DNA from: Trichosphaerium sp. ATCC 40318 | Lineage: Eukaryota > Protista > Tubulinea | Direction of reading: 5' to 3' | Assembly (NCBI GenBank): GCA_038496445.1 | Contig: JALMLS010000489.1 | Span: 121,875 to 185,874 of the forward strand | DNA: 64,000 nt | Shown here: positions 37,414 to 50,577 of the stretch, one piece after another | Layout: every line of letters begins with the position of its first letter | Position numbering within the stretch: the stretch's first letter is position 1 | The notes under the pieces: model-generated | Seen by the model: the letters and a program-made list of their open reading frames with translations, nothing else | Database searches by the model: none | What the model was told of the DNA's origin: nothing | Position numbers and translations under genes: made by a program

Positions 37414-40400
37414 ATGAAGCTCCTTATACTTTTTATAATATGTACTTCCTCCTTTCTCTACGCAGAGAACATCATACAAGGTGTTGACCATCATATATCC
37501 GAGGAGCAATTGAGAAAGATACAGCAAGATAAAATCGCTTACATGTCTTCTTTCGATACTTCTTGTATGACAGCCCAGCTACAACATGAGGTGTACGTAC
37601 TTTTATTTTCCCCAATTTCGATAGCTGTAAAATAATGGGTTGTTAAGAGCACGTGGGGCAGCGTCTGAAATGTTTGAAGTGGAGGTTTGTGGTTCGGACA
37701 TCTATGGTATTTCAAGCGCAATTGGTGCGGTTGAAGGGTGTGAGGTACAGTAGCGTTTTAGTGGAGGGAACAACCGTTAATTGATTTATTGAAAAAAAAT
37801 AGGTCTTGTACAAACACCACCCAGACGATGAATGTGTTGTTGTCCGTATGCCCCAGAATGAGGATGATTTAAAAGCCCTATGTGCTATGCCAATGGTAGA
37901 ACATATACAATCAAGAGAAGTAAGATTAAAAACAAAAAAAACAACTCCGGGAGATACCAAGTTAACACTTTTCAGCAATGTGCAACATCAAGGGACACTG
38001 TATCGGAAGGTGATATAGCACATAGAGCAGACCTTGCTAGAGCTTTCGGAGAAGGAGCTACAGGGAAGGGTGTCAGGGTTGGAATTCTTTCTGATTGTGT
38101 TGATCCAATAGTACGTGATTTAAAACGAAACAAAAGGTTTGAATTGATTTTTGTTGCAGATTTTGAATGATCTCATCGCCTCTGGAGACTTGAAGTCTTT
38201 AACCGTCATAACTGATCCTGAAACAAACCAAACACAAAATATTTTTGATTGTCGCAGTGAAGGAACAGCAATGGCTGAAATTGTATTTGATTTAGCTCCG
38301 GATGCAGAGTGTACACTTTTTCTTCTTTTTTTTTACTTTTAATTTTTGATTAATGCTTTATGTCAAATAGTATTCTTTGCTAGTGCAGCTATAACTCGGT
38401 TTCAAATGGGAAGAAATATAAAACTACTTCGTTATGAATATGATTGCGACATCATCATTGATGATTACATGTGGTTTACGGAATCACCTTTCCAAGTGAG
38501 TAGTGTTCAACAACAAAAAAGACTATTGGTTTCAATCAAAGTTGCCTATCTTTTACTCATGTTTGTAAAGGATGATAATGTTGCTCAAGCTGTTGATGAT
38601 GTATCTGAAGACGGAGCCTTATATTTTGCTTTTGCAGGCAACTTTCGCTGTACGTATTGACCTGTTCTATTGTAAGGGTTTTTTGCTGAAACGTATTAGT
38701 TAAATCATATTCTGCTGATTTCGATCCGGTAATACAATCACCAGGAGTAGCTTTCCATAACTTTGAACTATTTGCTGGCTTTCCTATTGCAACTATTACA
38801 ACTTTTTTTGACACTTTTGTTTGGCTTTATTGGTCAGATGCTTACGTACGTCCCCTTCACATAGGAAAAAGTTTGATTTCAAGGACTATGAACACGTGAA
38901 TGCTTTTTCTAAAACGTGATATTTTTTATAAACGTTAACTGGTAGCTGTAAAATTGTTGGCTAACATCTTTCATAGGGAAGTGAACCCATCGAAGACTAC
39001 GATTTCATAGCCATTAATATGACTACCAACGAGATTATAACTGATTTCTTCACGTTTCCATTATCCAGAGGACCCCTACGCTTACCAACTAAAGTTTCCA
39101 TAATACCAGCAGGTGTATCAATTGGGTTTTTTATAGCGAACTTTAACTACACTGCAACATCACAAAGAAGAATACGAGTTTTTTTTGCAAACAGAGATGT
39201 TTTTCCTTTCCCCGCAAACATATGGGGTCATGCAGCAGCCAAATCTGCTTTTACTGTAGCAGCATCACCAGTGGGAGAGGAAGATCCTACATTACCTTTC
39301 AATTCTTCAAGACGAGTTGGTACTCATTGAACCGTCTAATCTTTGTTGTCTTACCTTTTGTTCCACAGAGTTCTTCTCTTCCGTTGGTCCAACACATATA
39401 TTCTTTGACACAGATGGTAATATTCTTGAAGAAGGTGTTTATACTGCTGCTCAAGGTGGAGAAGTGAGAATGAAACCAGAGTTCACAGCCGCTGATGGTG
39501 TTTCTACATCTACACCTGGCTTCAACCCATTCTTTGGAACATCAGCAGCTGCTACTCATCTAGGAGCGATAGCTGCGCTTGTAGTTGAAAAATCGGGAAT
39601 AACTGCAAGGGTAAGCCAAATGCATCAATATAAACAACCTGCTAATGTTGTTTTTTTTCAGTCATACGTGAAAACGGTCTTCAAACTAGCTGCCATCGAT
39701 ATAGAATTTCCTGGGTTTGACATTGCTTCCGGATACGGTATTGTTGATGCTTTGACGTCCGTTCAAATCGCTCAAGGCGCTAAGCCATATCACGTGTTTC
39801 CTCGATATCCTAAAAGCCGAACACTTGGATTCAAAAATCATCCAAACTATGAATGTCCTGAGTATCTGTCGGAAGTTGACGTATTTTCAAAACGCCACAG
39901 TAACCTTCACGACGTTGCTTCTCTTGTACAGGAATCAGACGATGGTTTGGCGCTATACGCATCAAAATTCAGTTATAGCTATCACAAATATCCACTATCA
40001 CTCATCTTTGATATACCGATTGATGGCTCGTACTTATTGAGTGGTGGACACACAATACAGGATATTTATAATCACACAGTTGCTGTGAGTATAAGGTACA
40101 CTATTATAATTTTAATGATTTAGATTACTAATAATAATAGTTACAAAGTGGAAGCTGAGTTTCATGTTTCAAAAAAAATTAGATTTGCTGCGCTTGTTCC
40201 GGGTTGTGGGCATCATTCTAGACCTGAGAAAGTACGTAATATGAAGTAACCTTTGCCAATTTCTAAAAATAATATGCTCTGTTTGCTTACACTGATTAGA
40301 TCGACCTTGGGTACATAGATACCTATCCAGGATATAGCAAATATTTTGAACATGATCAAGTCTTCTCATCGAATACTCTCGGTTCTGTCTTGAATCAGCA

Positions 40401-40491
40401 TGACCATGTACATCTTGAAGTTAGTATACATGACGGTCTTCACAAACAAATCACAATTGATGCATTATCCATTCACGTGATATGTCCCTAA
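37414..40491 (+). CDS. Secreted subtilase of the bacterial S8/S53-like type
   Basis: Signal peptide, GKGVRVGILSD, EGTAMAEIVFDLAPDA, KPEFTAADGV and FFGTSAAATH. Many introns. Confidence 0.85.
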
Positions 40492-40967
40492 GAATGAACT
40501 GTAGCTTTGTTTAAACTAAACTTATCAATTGGTTACAACACGTCTTAAAATCTGTGTCCCTTTGTACACCAGTAGTTATATTAAAATTATATCAAATTAC
40601 TTACCTTAGCCAGAGAGTACCCTTTATTACTCTATTGAAAAGCAAAATTAGTCTAAGAAACTGACCATTATCTCAATGTTACAATAGTGTACAATTATTA
40701 TCTGGAATGCAGTTCTCTTGCGAGTGAAGGTGTTACGGAAGGTATGTACGCACAGTTTATTGGCTTGACAAGTTGCTAGTATTAGATGAAGCTATATTTG
40801 CAGCTATGGTATTTTGAGGCATATACCCTTAATGTTCAGCTATTAGCAAGTGTCATGATAGCAATAAAATTAAGCAATGTGTACATTCGGACATTAATTT
40901 ACCGGGGTACATTTAATACCCTGGTATTTACTAGTTAAGGAGCACCGTCTCAAAACAACTACCAACG

Positions 40968-43342
40968 ATGGATTTAACACTCCTTCTCTGTTTTCTTGTT
41001 TGCTTATCAAGCGTACAAGGCTTTGGAAGTCGCTGCACACCAGGCATTGTGTCTAACAACACAATTGAGTCTGAAACGCCGCAAGTCGCCACACCACTCA
41101 AAGTAGCTTTCGTTGGAGACTCTGTACGCCATTCTCTCTTCAAACTGATATCGAAAATCGTCACTACTTTTTTTGCTCGTTTTGTTCAAAAATAACACGT
41201 GATGTAGGGAGACAGCTCAAACAGTACTGATAAAGTATACAGACAAATAAAAAACTTTGGAGCTGAAGTGTTTATACAACTTGGAGATTTTGATTACAGT
41301 ACGCCTTTACAATAAAATTAAAGCAACCAGTGTCTATTACAAATGGTTGTTTTTGATCGTGAGACAAGGAGACCTGAAATTATGGGTTTTGGTATCGGCT
41401 GTTTTACCAACAAACTTTTGTTTCAAATCGAAAACGTGTTGAAGTCTTCTTATTATTTTTTTCACGTTTAGAAAGCAGCCCTAGTAGATTCGACGATAGG
41501 ATAACGAAAATTCTTGGGGCCAATTTTCCTGTATTTGCAGCGATTGGTAATCATGATACAAGCAGATGGACTGTACGTACCTTCTTGGATTGTAGCGAAC
41601 TGATTTTTTGTTCAAAAGGGTTCAAGCGGATATCAAAAAAAGTAACAGATTCACGTGTTATAAGACTATTACTAACTACTGAAAAAAAGGTTGACAGATA
41701 GACTAAAGCGTGCTGGCGTAGATAAGATGTGTTCAGGAGAGTTTGGCGTCAACACTGTATGCAACTACAAAGGTAACGTGTTACAAATTAAATCATTGCT
41801 GGTCAAGTTTTTTCCCCGTGTTAATATCTTTTTTTCCAAGGCTTCATTTACGTCATCAATGGTGTTGGTACACGAGGCAGTGGCCACAAAGATTACCTCA
41901 GAAATCAATTAAATAGTGCGTCTATCAAAAAGTATCGAACTCTATGTTTTCTAAATCACGTGTAGGGTACAAGTCGTCACATTGGAAAGTATGTGCTTGG
42001 CATAAAAACCAACGATTGTACCAAACAGGAAGTAAGAGGTATGTCTGTGTCGGCTTTCTATGCTCTTAAACTTATAACCCTTTAGTGACGAAACTGGGTA
42101 CTCTATCTTAGATGCTTGTAGAGAATTTGGTGGTATTGTAGCGACAGGCCATGAGCACAGGTAGAGTCTGCTCTTTAAGCTACGCTTGTTCTTATTGTTT
42201 TTGTAGCTATTCTCGCACACATCTAATGTCAAACTTCGCTAAGCAAACAATATCAAGTACCAGCTCAACACTCAGAATTAGACCAGGACGTTCCTTCTTG
42301 TTTGTGAGTGGTAACGGCGGGAGCAGCTTGCGCCCTTGGAGAAACGGTCTAGAAAGAAATCCATGGTACATAGTATTTCATACCTTGTTCTCTCATTATG
42401 TTATAGGTGGGCTTCCACAGCATCAACTTCAAGTCGCCCTCAAGTCGATTGGGCTGCTCTGTTATGTACTTTTAACGTCGGTGGTAATCCCTCAAAAGCA
42501 CACTGCGATTTCACTGATGTCAGAGGAAGAAGATGGGATTCTTTCGATATTGAATCTAGTCCTTCTGTTAGTTCAGTTTCGCACTATTTTATTGACTCTT
42601 TTTTTAGGACTACTCGGACTACAATCCAAGTGATTTCCGCGATGAATCCTCTCGGGATATTGATATTGCTGTTGAAGATCCTGACGATGACTTGATGTTG
42701 CGAGGCCGCTTCAATTTTGGCAAGCGAATGTGAGTTTACTTTGTTTTTTAACTAGTTTCTATTTAGGATCTCTGGCAATTGCTTCCTACTATGAAGAAAC
42801 GTCAGTTGCCCTTCGATTCAAACATGTACCACTCTTACGAGGAGAAGCACTTGATGTAAGTCACAAGATACAACTAAGCTTTTAAATGACTTGTTTTGTT
42901 TAACAGAACGTTCACTTGCAATTTCTCGGAAGAGAGTCAAACGGAGAGGTCTCCATTCGTGTTCATGTTTCTGTCAACGCACCTGACACTGTAAGTGCGG
43001 AATCTTACATCTCTGAAGAATACGTTGAATGGACAACAGAACAAGAAGGATGGTATGTATAAAGAAAAAAAAAACAAAGACAAGTTCTTGTTGGCTAACT
43101 GCAACTAGGGAAATAGGTGAAGTTTGGGTATCTCCTAATCTTAAATCTCTTGTCGAGTCTGTAATTGGATCTGATAGCTGGCAGTACAACGACTCTATTA
43201 CATTTGTTCTTATTGGAAAAGCACGTGATAGAACTGAAACAGATCAACCACTAATCTGATTTTTTAGGGTGGTCATCGTGTTGTACACTCATACGAAAGC
43301 GATCCTTGTTTTGCACCTAGTCTCTTTATTGAAACAAATTAA
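40968..43342 (+). CDS. Secreted calcineurin-like metallophosphoesterase with C-terminal accessory domain
   Basis: Signal peptide, KVAFVGDS, QLGDFDY, AIGNHD, CAWH and TGHEHSYSR. Confidence 0.85.
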
Positions 43343-43689
43343 ATAAAGATACACTACAAACTTAGTTGTAGTTGTTAAAGACAAACACCGAGCTGGCTTA
43401 TTAGGCGCTACCATCGTGCCTGTCTATGTTACTATACATTATACTGTCGGATTTACTTTTCACTGCACATTTCTTGTCTAAACCAAACAAGGTAAATTGC
43501 AGTGATCCACAAAGCACGCTACGTAGGTAGGTTGTACATCCAATTTTAAGAATTTATTCTGATAGCGTATTAACGTTCAAATTTTGGACGCCTAATTAAA
43601 CGGCTTGTCATGTTGTGATAGACCCATTGAGCTGTTTGTTTCGACAAAGTACTTTGAAATAAAGAAAACAAAATAAATAGTATCAAAAA

Positions 43690-46600
43690 AAAAGTGTTTT
43701 ATTTTGTATTGCATTTCACATTTTGTGTTCGCTTCCAATATGATTTATCGCTATTTAATAGTACTCACACGTTTCGTTGATGTTGTAAAACCGTATCTAG
43801 GAAGGTTAGAGCGTTCTACATATTGACAGAAAGTTCGACGAAGTTTCAAACGTAAACCAACCTGTATCAACAGTTAAAGTACTAGACATGAGGGTATGCA
43901 ATAAAACCACGTGCATGTATCGGTAGGCGTAATCACGTGATATCTCAATTCAGAAAAACAAGATATCTCGTTTGTGTGAATTCCACTATTTTCTATCGAA
44001 CACCCAACTGCTTGTATTGGCGTTAAAAACGTACTGGTACCTTTCAAAAGCTTGTTGATTTGGTACAAAAAGTTTGATGGCCAAAATCTTAGTTTTGAAT
44101 CACATTTCATAAGGCTCGCAATTCAAGGCCATTCATCAGCTCCACAACAACCAACGCCTCAGCTCCTCAACAATACTCTTTACTTCATCATGGCTCTCAA
44201 CCGTACTTGTCTTTTCGGTTTGAAAAACTTTACCTTCTTTTGCGTTTACGTTTTTACGTTCTTTGGTCTAACGTTGGTGTTTAGGTTATACCAAAAACTT
44301 CATTACCTTCCTACGCAACGACGCTGATCAAGAATTCGTTAAACTGGTTGCTAAACGTCTAGAGGTGAAAGATGATGCCGCTGAGGGGATTGCTAAGCAC
44401 AGGAGAACACGTACGGCTCAAAACTGTTGTTTTAAAGCGTAATTCCAAACAAAGTGCCTAAACGGCGTTTTTACAACGTCTACTGGCGGTTTTGGTCGTT
44501 TTTCACGTTTTACCATTTTTAAATTGTTTTGAGTTGTCAACCAAAAAAACTTAAAAACCACCTCTTTCGTCTATTTAAACGCGTGTCGCTCGTTTTAAGT
44601 GCCGTTTTAAACTTCTGGCTCTTGTTTTCTTAAATCGTTTTACATCTCTAAATCTATGCGCCCCTTACGACCTATGTGTCATATCAATGCGTATTTCGTG
44701 ATTTTCGTCGCTGTTACAACGCCTTGGCGGCTACTTCTTTGAATTTGTTTTTTTTAAATCTTTTACTTTGTCAACAGCGTACCGCTCTTTCATTTCAATA
44801 AGAACGTTTTTATATCCCTTTGAATGGAACTGTTGATGCTCAACTATTACTTTTCTCCGCTTTACAAGTTGTTTGTAACGTCTCAACTGACTTTGTTTTT
44901 TAATGTAGAGAACATACTGAAAAAGACGATACCAATCGTCAAGGATGAACTCAGAAGGCTCAAGTCGCCAAACTTCCACTACAATAGGAAGGGACCTCTG
45001 ACATTAGAACTGCTAATACTAAAACTGGAGCCAGAAAGTATGTGTTCGTCTTTTTGTTCTTTCAAAAAAAAACGCTTTTGCGATTTCCAATTTCGTTTTT
45101 TTTTTCTTACCCTCGCGTAGATCCCTCTGGTGAGCAGTTACCGTCTGTTCCGCCTTCTCCGGAAAAGCGAAAGGTTGTCGCAAAAGAGATAAAAAAAGCA
45201 AACAGAGCAGCGACACTCATGAGGGAGCACAGCTTGAACTTTAGGCAAGTTAAAAGCGTTCTACCTAGCAAAAGACAAGCTGCTCGGTCAGGAGAAAGAC
45301 TGCGTAAGCTGGAGGCGCTTTCCAGTGGTAATGATGAATCTTCTGCGAGTGAGGATGGTTCTGGGGACGAAGAAGTTTTAGAGGATGATGATACTGAAAT
45401 GAAAGATGCCGGCTCCGCTGAATCAATGGAGGCTAGGCTACGCGCCATGGAGGTTGCGGTGTCGAATGTCACAAAAGAACATGCAACAAAAATAGCCACA
45501 CTGGAAACGGAAAATAAGCAAACAAAGAGAACAGTAGCAGCGCTCAAAGCTCGCCAGAAAAAAACAACGGCGGTATTTCAGGAGTTGGAAGAGAAAGTAA
45601 GGAAACACAAACAGTTTCCGTTTCGGAGTGAAAAACTAGAGCCAGTGGTTAGATATGGTTCGTGCACTCAAAAGAGTTTTGTTTATTGAAAAAAAAAAAG
45701 TATTAACAACATGTAGCATACTCGATGACGATAAGCGATCTTAACGAAAAGGCGAATGTGTACACGGAGGCCACCCCATGGATGAATAAGCTTAAAATCC
45801 AGCAACATTCATCGTACAAGGGACACCCTAAAAGGACGTGCAGGCACTTTAAAACAGAGGAAGATCTGAACTTGTTCATGTTTGAACGATTGGGAAAGTC
45901 AGCGGTTCCTTTCTTGCGCGTACATAACACGTACCAACAGTTTACTTATGGCCAAAATGGTGTTTGCCGAAAACACAGACCAGATATAACTTTTACGGCG
46001 ATTGGGGACGAAACTTTGACACCTCACATTAACCAAATCGTGGCTGTGATTGAGTTAAAACTTGACACAATAAGTCCTGGATCTATGGGACAACACGTGT
46101 ACGTACACATCACTTTCTCGTTTTTCACATGCTCTTTGTTTTACAATCTCTTACTTTCCTTATTAGGAGCTCCCTATGTAATATTATGCTTTCGCAAGCG
46201 CCAAGGCAATTTATTACTGGTATTCTAGCAACTAGAGGCACTATAATGTTCACGTGGATGGAGTGGCACGGGCAAGATGCTCCTAAGCCTTTTACATTTT
46301 CATTCTCGCGCCAGTACTCCATCACTAGTCCTAAATCGGAGGGCACTTTACTTTTTAATAAGTATCTGAGCTGTACGCCTAAACAGCTTGGTTGGTCGTT
46401 CCCTGTGTTTGATGTCAACCGCATATCGTGTACTCCAAGAGAACAACTTGGATCTGGCGCTACATCCAAGGTGTTCAAACTTAAGGCCGGCACAGAACAG
46501 TTTGCTGTCAAAATATTTAAAGAAGGCAACGACCAAATCGCCCTGTGGGAAGCAGAGGTTTTAAAAACGTTAAAGCCATACAACATCGACGGTTTACCAG

Positions 46601-47491
46601 TCTATGTACGTAAAATAGAAACGTTTTCTTCATTTTTTCTTGCTTTTCTCACTTCTTTTATTCAGCACCAACATGGTACCACTGATGATGACAACGCACC
46701 GTATATCATTACCTCACCACCATGTGATCGCATAAGAAATGTCGGTGAATGCCCTCCAATGGTTCATTTTACAGAGCTCATTGAGCAGTTTCATAACGTT
46801 GGATTCATCCATAGGTACCTTTAATCTTTGACTCTCGTCATGCTTTACAGATTTTTTTCGTCATTGTACTTTACTCACACTTTTTACAAGGGATATTACG
46901 CACACCAACATTATGGTGCGAAACGGAAAGGCCCACATAATAGATTTCGGTATGGCAGTCAGACATGGTACTTCAGTGTTTCAGCACGAAGGAACCTTTC
47001 TGTTTGCAGCAAAAGAGGTCATTGATGCCCATATCAGCGATGAATCTATAACGTATGAGTACGCCCACGACTTGATATCTCTTGTGCGGGTTTGGATGTA
47101 CTTGGATAGTCGTGATCGAGTCAGAGCCGAACTTCTTCGACTTTATAGTCTAGTTAATTGGTATGGCAACGATCTCCGCAATAACCGAGAGTTTTGTGAG
47201 TTTATAAACTTTTGGCTTGTGCTAGAGGTTGCTGTACCCATATATAAGAAAGGTCTGGAGCTTGCGGCAGCAATAGATTACGAAGGTTTAAAGAAATTTT
47301 TCCAGCGTCACGACAGAAGCCCCAGTTTAGCTGGCTGGAAAGACCACAAAAAGCTCATCAAACACTACTCGCCAAAAAGAAAGGCTGTAGATGACGTTGA
47401 TGAAAGAAAACCTAAAAAACTAAAGAAAACACCTAAAAAACAAAAGAAAACACGTAAAAATAAAAAATAAATTGTAATATAACTTTAGTCT
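43690..47491 (+). repeat. ~3.8-kb inverted duplication, copy B (partner 15124-18950)
   Basis: Reverse-complement match to copy A. Homology ends about 20 bp after the stop codon. Confidence 0.9.
44190..47470 (+). CDS. Nuclease-kinase protein copy B
   Basis: ATG 44190. Inferred introns include 44203-44284 and 44411-44908. RPDITF...VIELK nuclease motif, and kinase motifs LGSGATSKV, HRDITHTN and IIDFG. Confidence 0.8.
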
Positions 47492-47785
47492 CAGTTCTTG
47501 ATACCTTTTCCCATTTGTCCACCAGCAACGGCTTAATCAAACCGTTTTACTAGGTAAACATCCAAGACTTGAATTGCCAGTATCAGTAAGGAGTGACGAG
47601 AACACTACACGTGTTTAGAAAAGTGCCAATAATCAAAGTCGAAATCCATACTTTCTTTGATTCTTATGAATAATTCAATGCAAAAAGGAGTTGTACAGGT
47701 TGACATTAACCCTGTTACTGTTGTACCAAACTAGCGCGAAGGCATTACTTAAGCAGTTAAGTACACATGTGACATAAAAGATTTT

Positions 47786-49231
47786 ATGTATAAAATGATA
47801 AAGCACGTGTTGGGTATCTTTTTGCTCGTGTCAACAGTTGCTTTAGCTTCTCAACTACGTGTTTCTATTCTAATTCCAGGCAAAATTGATGACGGGGGCT
47901 TTATGGAGGTACACAATGTACAATTGACAGCTCACCCACTAGCAAACCTAGTCTGGGTATCAAGCTACCAAAAAGATAGAAGCTGAGCTTGGAGCAAGTA
48001 TTAAAATGATAACAGATGTTCCATTCGACGATCAAGCTTTCATAGATGCGCTTACTGAACTCGCAAATGTATTTTAAACCTTTTTTTGTTAGCTTCACTA
48101 CCAAATACATAGGGTAGCCCGGATCTGGTTATTTCTCATGGAGGACAAACACAAGACGCTCTACTGGAGGTAGCTACAAACTTTCCGGAAATTAAGTTTG
48201 CTATAACGCAGGTACAGTCGGTTTTTTATTTTTTAACGTTTAAGCCACGTGATAACATGGATTAAACCAAGGGATCTGTTGCTGCGTCGAATGTAGCGTG
48301 TTTTATTATCGAACAGCCCCAATCTAATTTTTTAGCTGGCGTATTAGCTGCCCTAGTGACAAAGTCGAACATCGTTGGTCATATTTCAGGTAAAGCCACC
48401 CACGTGAACCACGCAGGAAATTTCCAAAAAAAAATCTGGCTAACATTAATTTTGTTTGTAGGTATAAGGGTCCCTCCAGGCTTGCTTGGTACGACCGACG
48501 TAGTATCCAATTCTTATGTTTTTGATAGGACGTGCAGCTTACGTTGATGGATTTGAGCATGCTACCAGTTCCGGAAAACTTCTAACCACATTCTCTGGAA
48601 ACCAAGTACTTTTTTTTCGAATAATCTCAAGCTTTTGACGTAAGTGTATCCGCGTAGGATCAATACGCACTGAACTATTTTGTTGCAAATGCTGAGATTG
48701 AGAATGGCGCAGATGTTATCTTCACAATGCTAAACGCAGGAATTACAGGCACGTACTTAAATCAGTTGTAAAGGTAACAGTTGTAGGTGCCACCGATGCA
48801 TGTAGAGATGGTGGTATTCTACAAATAGGTAACATCAAGGATTGGGTCGCTGAAGATCCTGATGTATTCCTTGGGTCGGCGTTTGCCGATATAGGAACTG
48901 GAGGTAGTGACAATCAAGTTGATAGAAAACTAACATGTCATAGTATTTCAAGCAGCAAAACAAGTGTACGAAGGCAAATTTGAGGGTAAAGTTACGAGCA
49001 TTGGCTTAGAAGACCCGAATACTGTTAGACTTATTGTCAACGAGAAATATGTATCAGATGACATAAAGACTACTGTAGAGAGTTATAAATCAAAGGCACA
49101 GAAATTTTGCTGGTTTTTTTTTATCACGTGCGTTAATGCAAACAATCTAACAGTAATGGTAGATATTAAGTGGAGAAATAGTTCCCAAAACTGAGTACAC
49201 TGGTCCCGAATTTGATCCATGGGGAGTGTAA
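47786..49231 (+). CDS. Secreted BMP-family (PnrA/Med-like) solute-binding protein
   Basis: Signal peptide, LIPGKIDDGGFME, ISHGGQ, AGVLAALVTKSNIVGHISG and GADVIFTMLNAG. About 9 introns. Confidence 0.85.
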
Positions 49232-49432
49232 AAATAAACACATCAAATGGTCCAGTGCAACCAACAACAATTTTTTCTTTTCAAAGGGAAACCACATCTT
49301 CTTTGTTCTGGCAGTGTGGCATTTCAGACTTCTCAAAATCGGGGAGTACTATTAATGCTGTAAGTTGACAAAGTAATTGCCAATTGAGCGATAAAAATGT
49401 TGACATGTTTGGTTTTCAACAAATCAATTTAG

Positions 49433-50238
49433 ATGACAGATAATGAGGATGACGAGCTTTTCCGCCGTTTACAGCTACTCAAACAACAACCCAATACAAA
49501 TAAAGAGTCTACAAACGTTGTAGATCCAAACGACTTGGAAAAGCGTTTATCCATGCTAAAATCATCGCCAACAGGTAAATAACGCCGTATTCTGCCCTCA
49601 CCGATTAAAATAAGGCAATGAGCCACAAACAAGTCTTCAGGATCTAGAACAACGTTTAGCAAACTTAAGAGGTACTATAAACGCTATAGCAACACGTTTT
49701 AACGGAACAAGGTGAAAAAAGCTACAAAAAACCCTCAACAGCTTCATACCTCCTAAATACGCAACCCCAGCTCACCGAGGAAGAAGAAATAGAAGCGCTA
49801 ATGAGCGCAGCAACAGATGCAGCTTTATTAGAAACAAGCGCTAAAATTTCTCAATTCAAACAGCGAGATGAGACACACGCACGATTGGCAAGGCTACAAG
49901 GCCAAAAAGATGGCAAACTTCGCTCAAGCACGTGCAAGATTTATAAAACTCGAAACGACTCTTGTGTTTGCAATAACAAAGTTGGGCTATCTAACATTTA
50001 TCTAGCTAAGTTGCGTGGTGATTTATCTGATTTCAAAGATGCTACACCTTTAACAGAGGAAGAGCAGATACAAGCATTATTGAATCAAGCCGCTGATGAA
50101 AATAGATTAGAGGATAGCGCAGGGAAGAAGTCAGAAGATGTTTCCAAAAAAGCCATTTTGGCTTATTTAAGTGACTCTTCATCATCTAGTAACAGCGAGT
50201 CATCGTCATCATACAGTGACTGCGATCCCTTGTTTTAA
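49433..50238 (+). CDS. Protein with repeated MIM1-like motifs (ANCHR/ZFYVE19-like central region)
   Basis: DDELFRRLQLLK, NDLEKRLSMLK, QDLEQRLANLR and DETHARLARLQ, plus two TEEE(E/Q)I.AL helices. Confidence 0.55.
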
Positions 50239-50577
50239 TAGAATATTTGTACTTTTAGATTTATTGGTTCAATTTCAAAATTGACTCGCGGTAATCGCTA
50301 CCATCGTACTACCAGAGACACTGAGCGTCTGTTTTATGACAGTGCTCATACATAATATTTTCATGGCCAACAAAGATAACGACTTTTGTTACACACCTGT
50401 GATAGGTTGCTTGAGAGCTTAGAATAAAATGTAAAAGGCTTCAATAGATTGTGTGGTGATTGGGAGTCATGATTGTGGAGACCCATTTAAGTCAATTGAT
50501 ATCGTATATTTATATGCGCAGAAGACTGTAGCGCTTGTAGAGTGTCAACAAGTCAGTTAATAACTTGCGAAAAAAGG

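Noticed and set aside
45657-45720. Apparent stop/frameshift in nuclease-kinase copy B
   Set aside because: Explained by a GT-AG intron at the same position as an in-frame intron in copy A.
15124-47491. One giant 32-kb transposon bounded by 3.8-kb terminal inverted repeats
   Set aside because: No TSD at the outer ends, no transposase or integrase seen, the interior holds ordinary host genes (FA2H, RapGAP), and the repeats are internally divergent. Dispersed duplication is simpler.
37414-49231. Bacterial contamination or chimeric contig
   Set aside because: All the bacterial-type genes contain multiple host-style spliceosomal introns.
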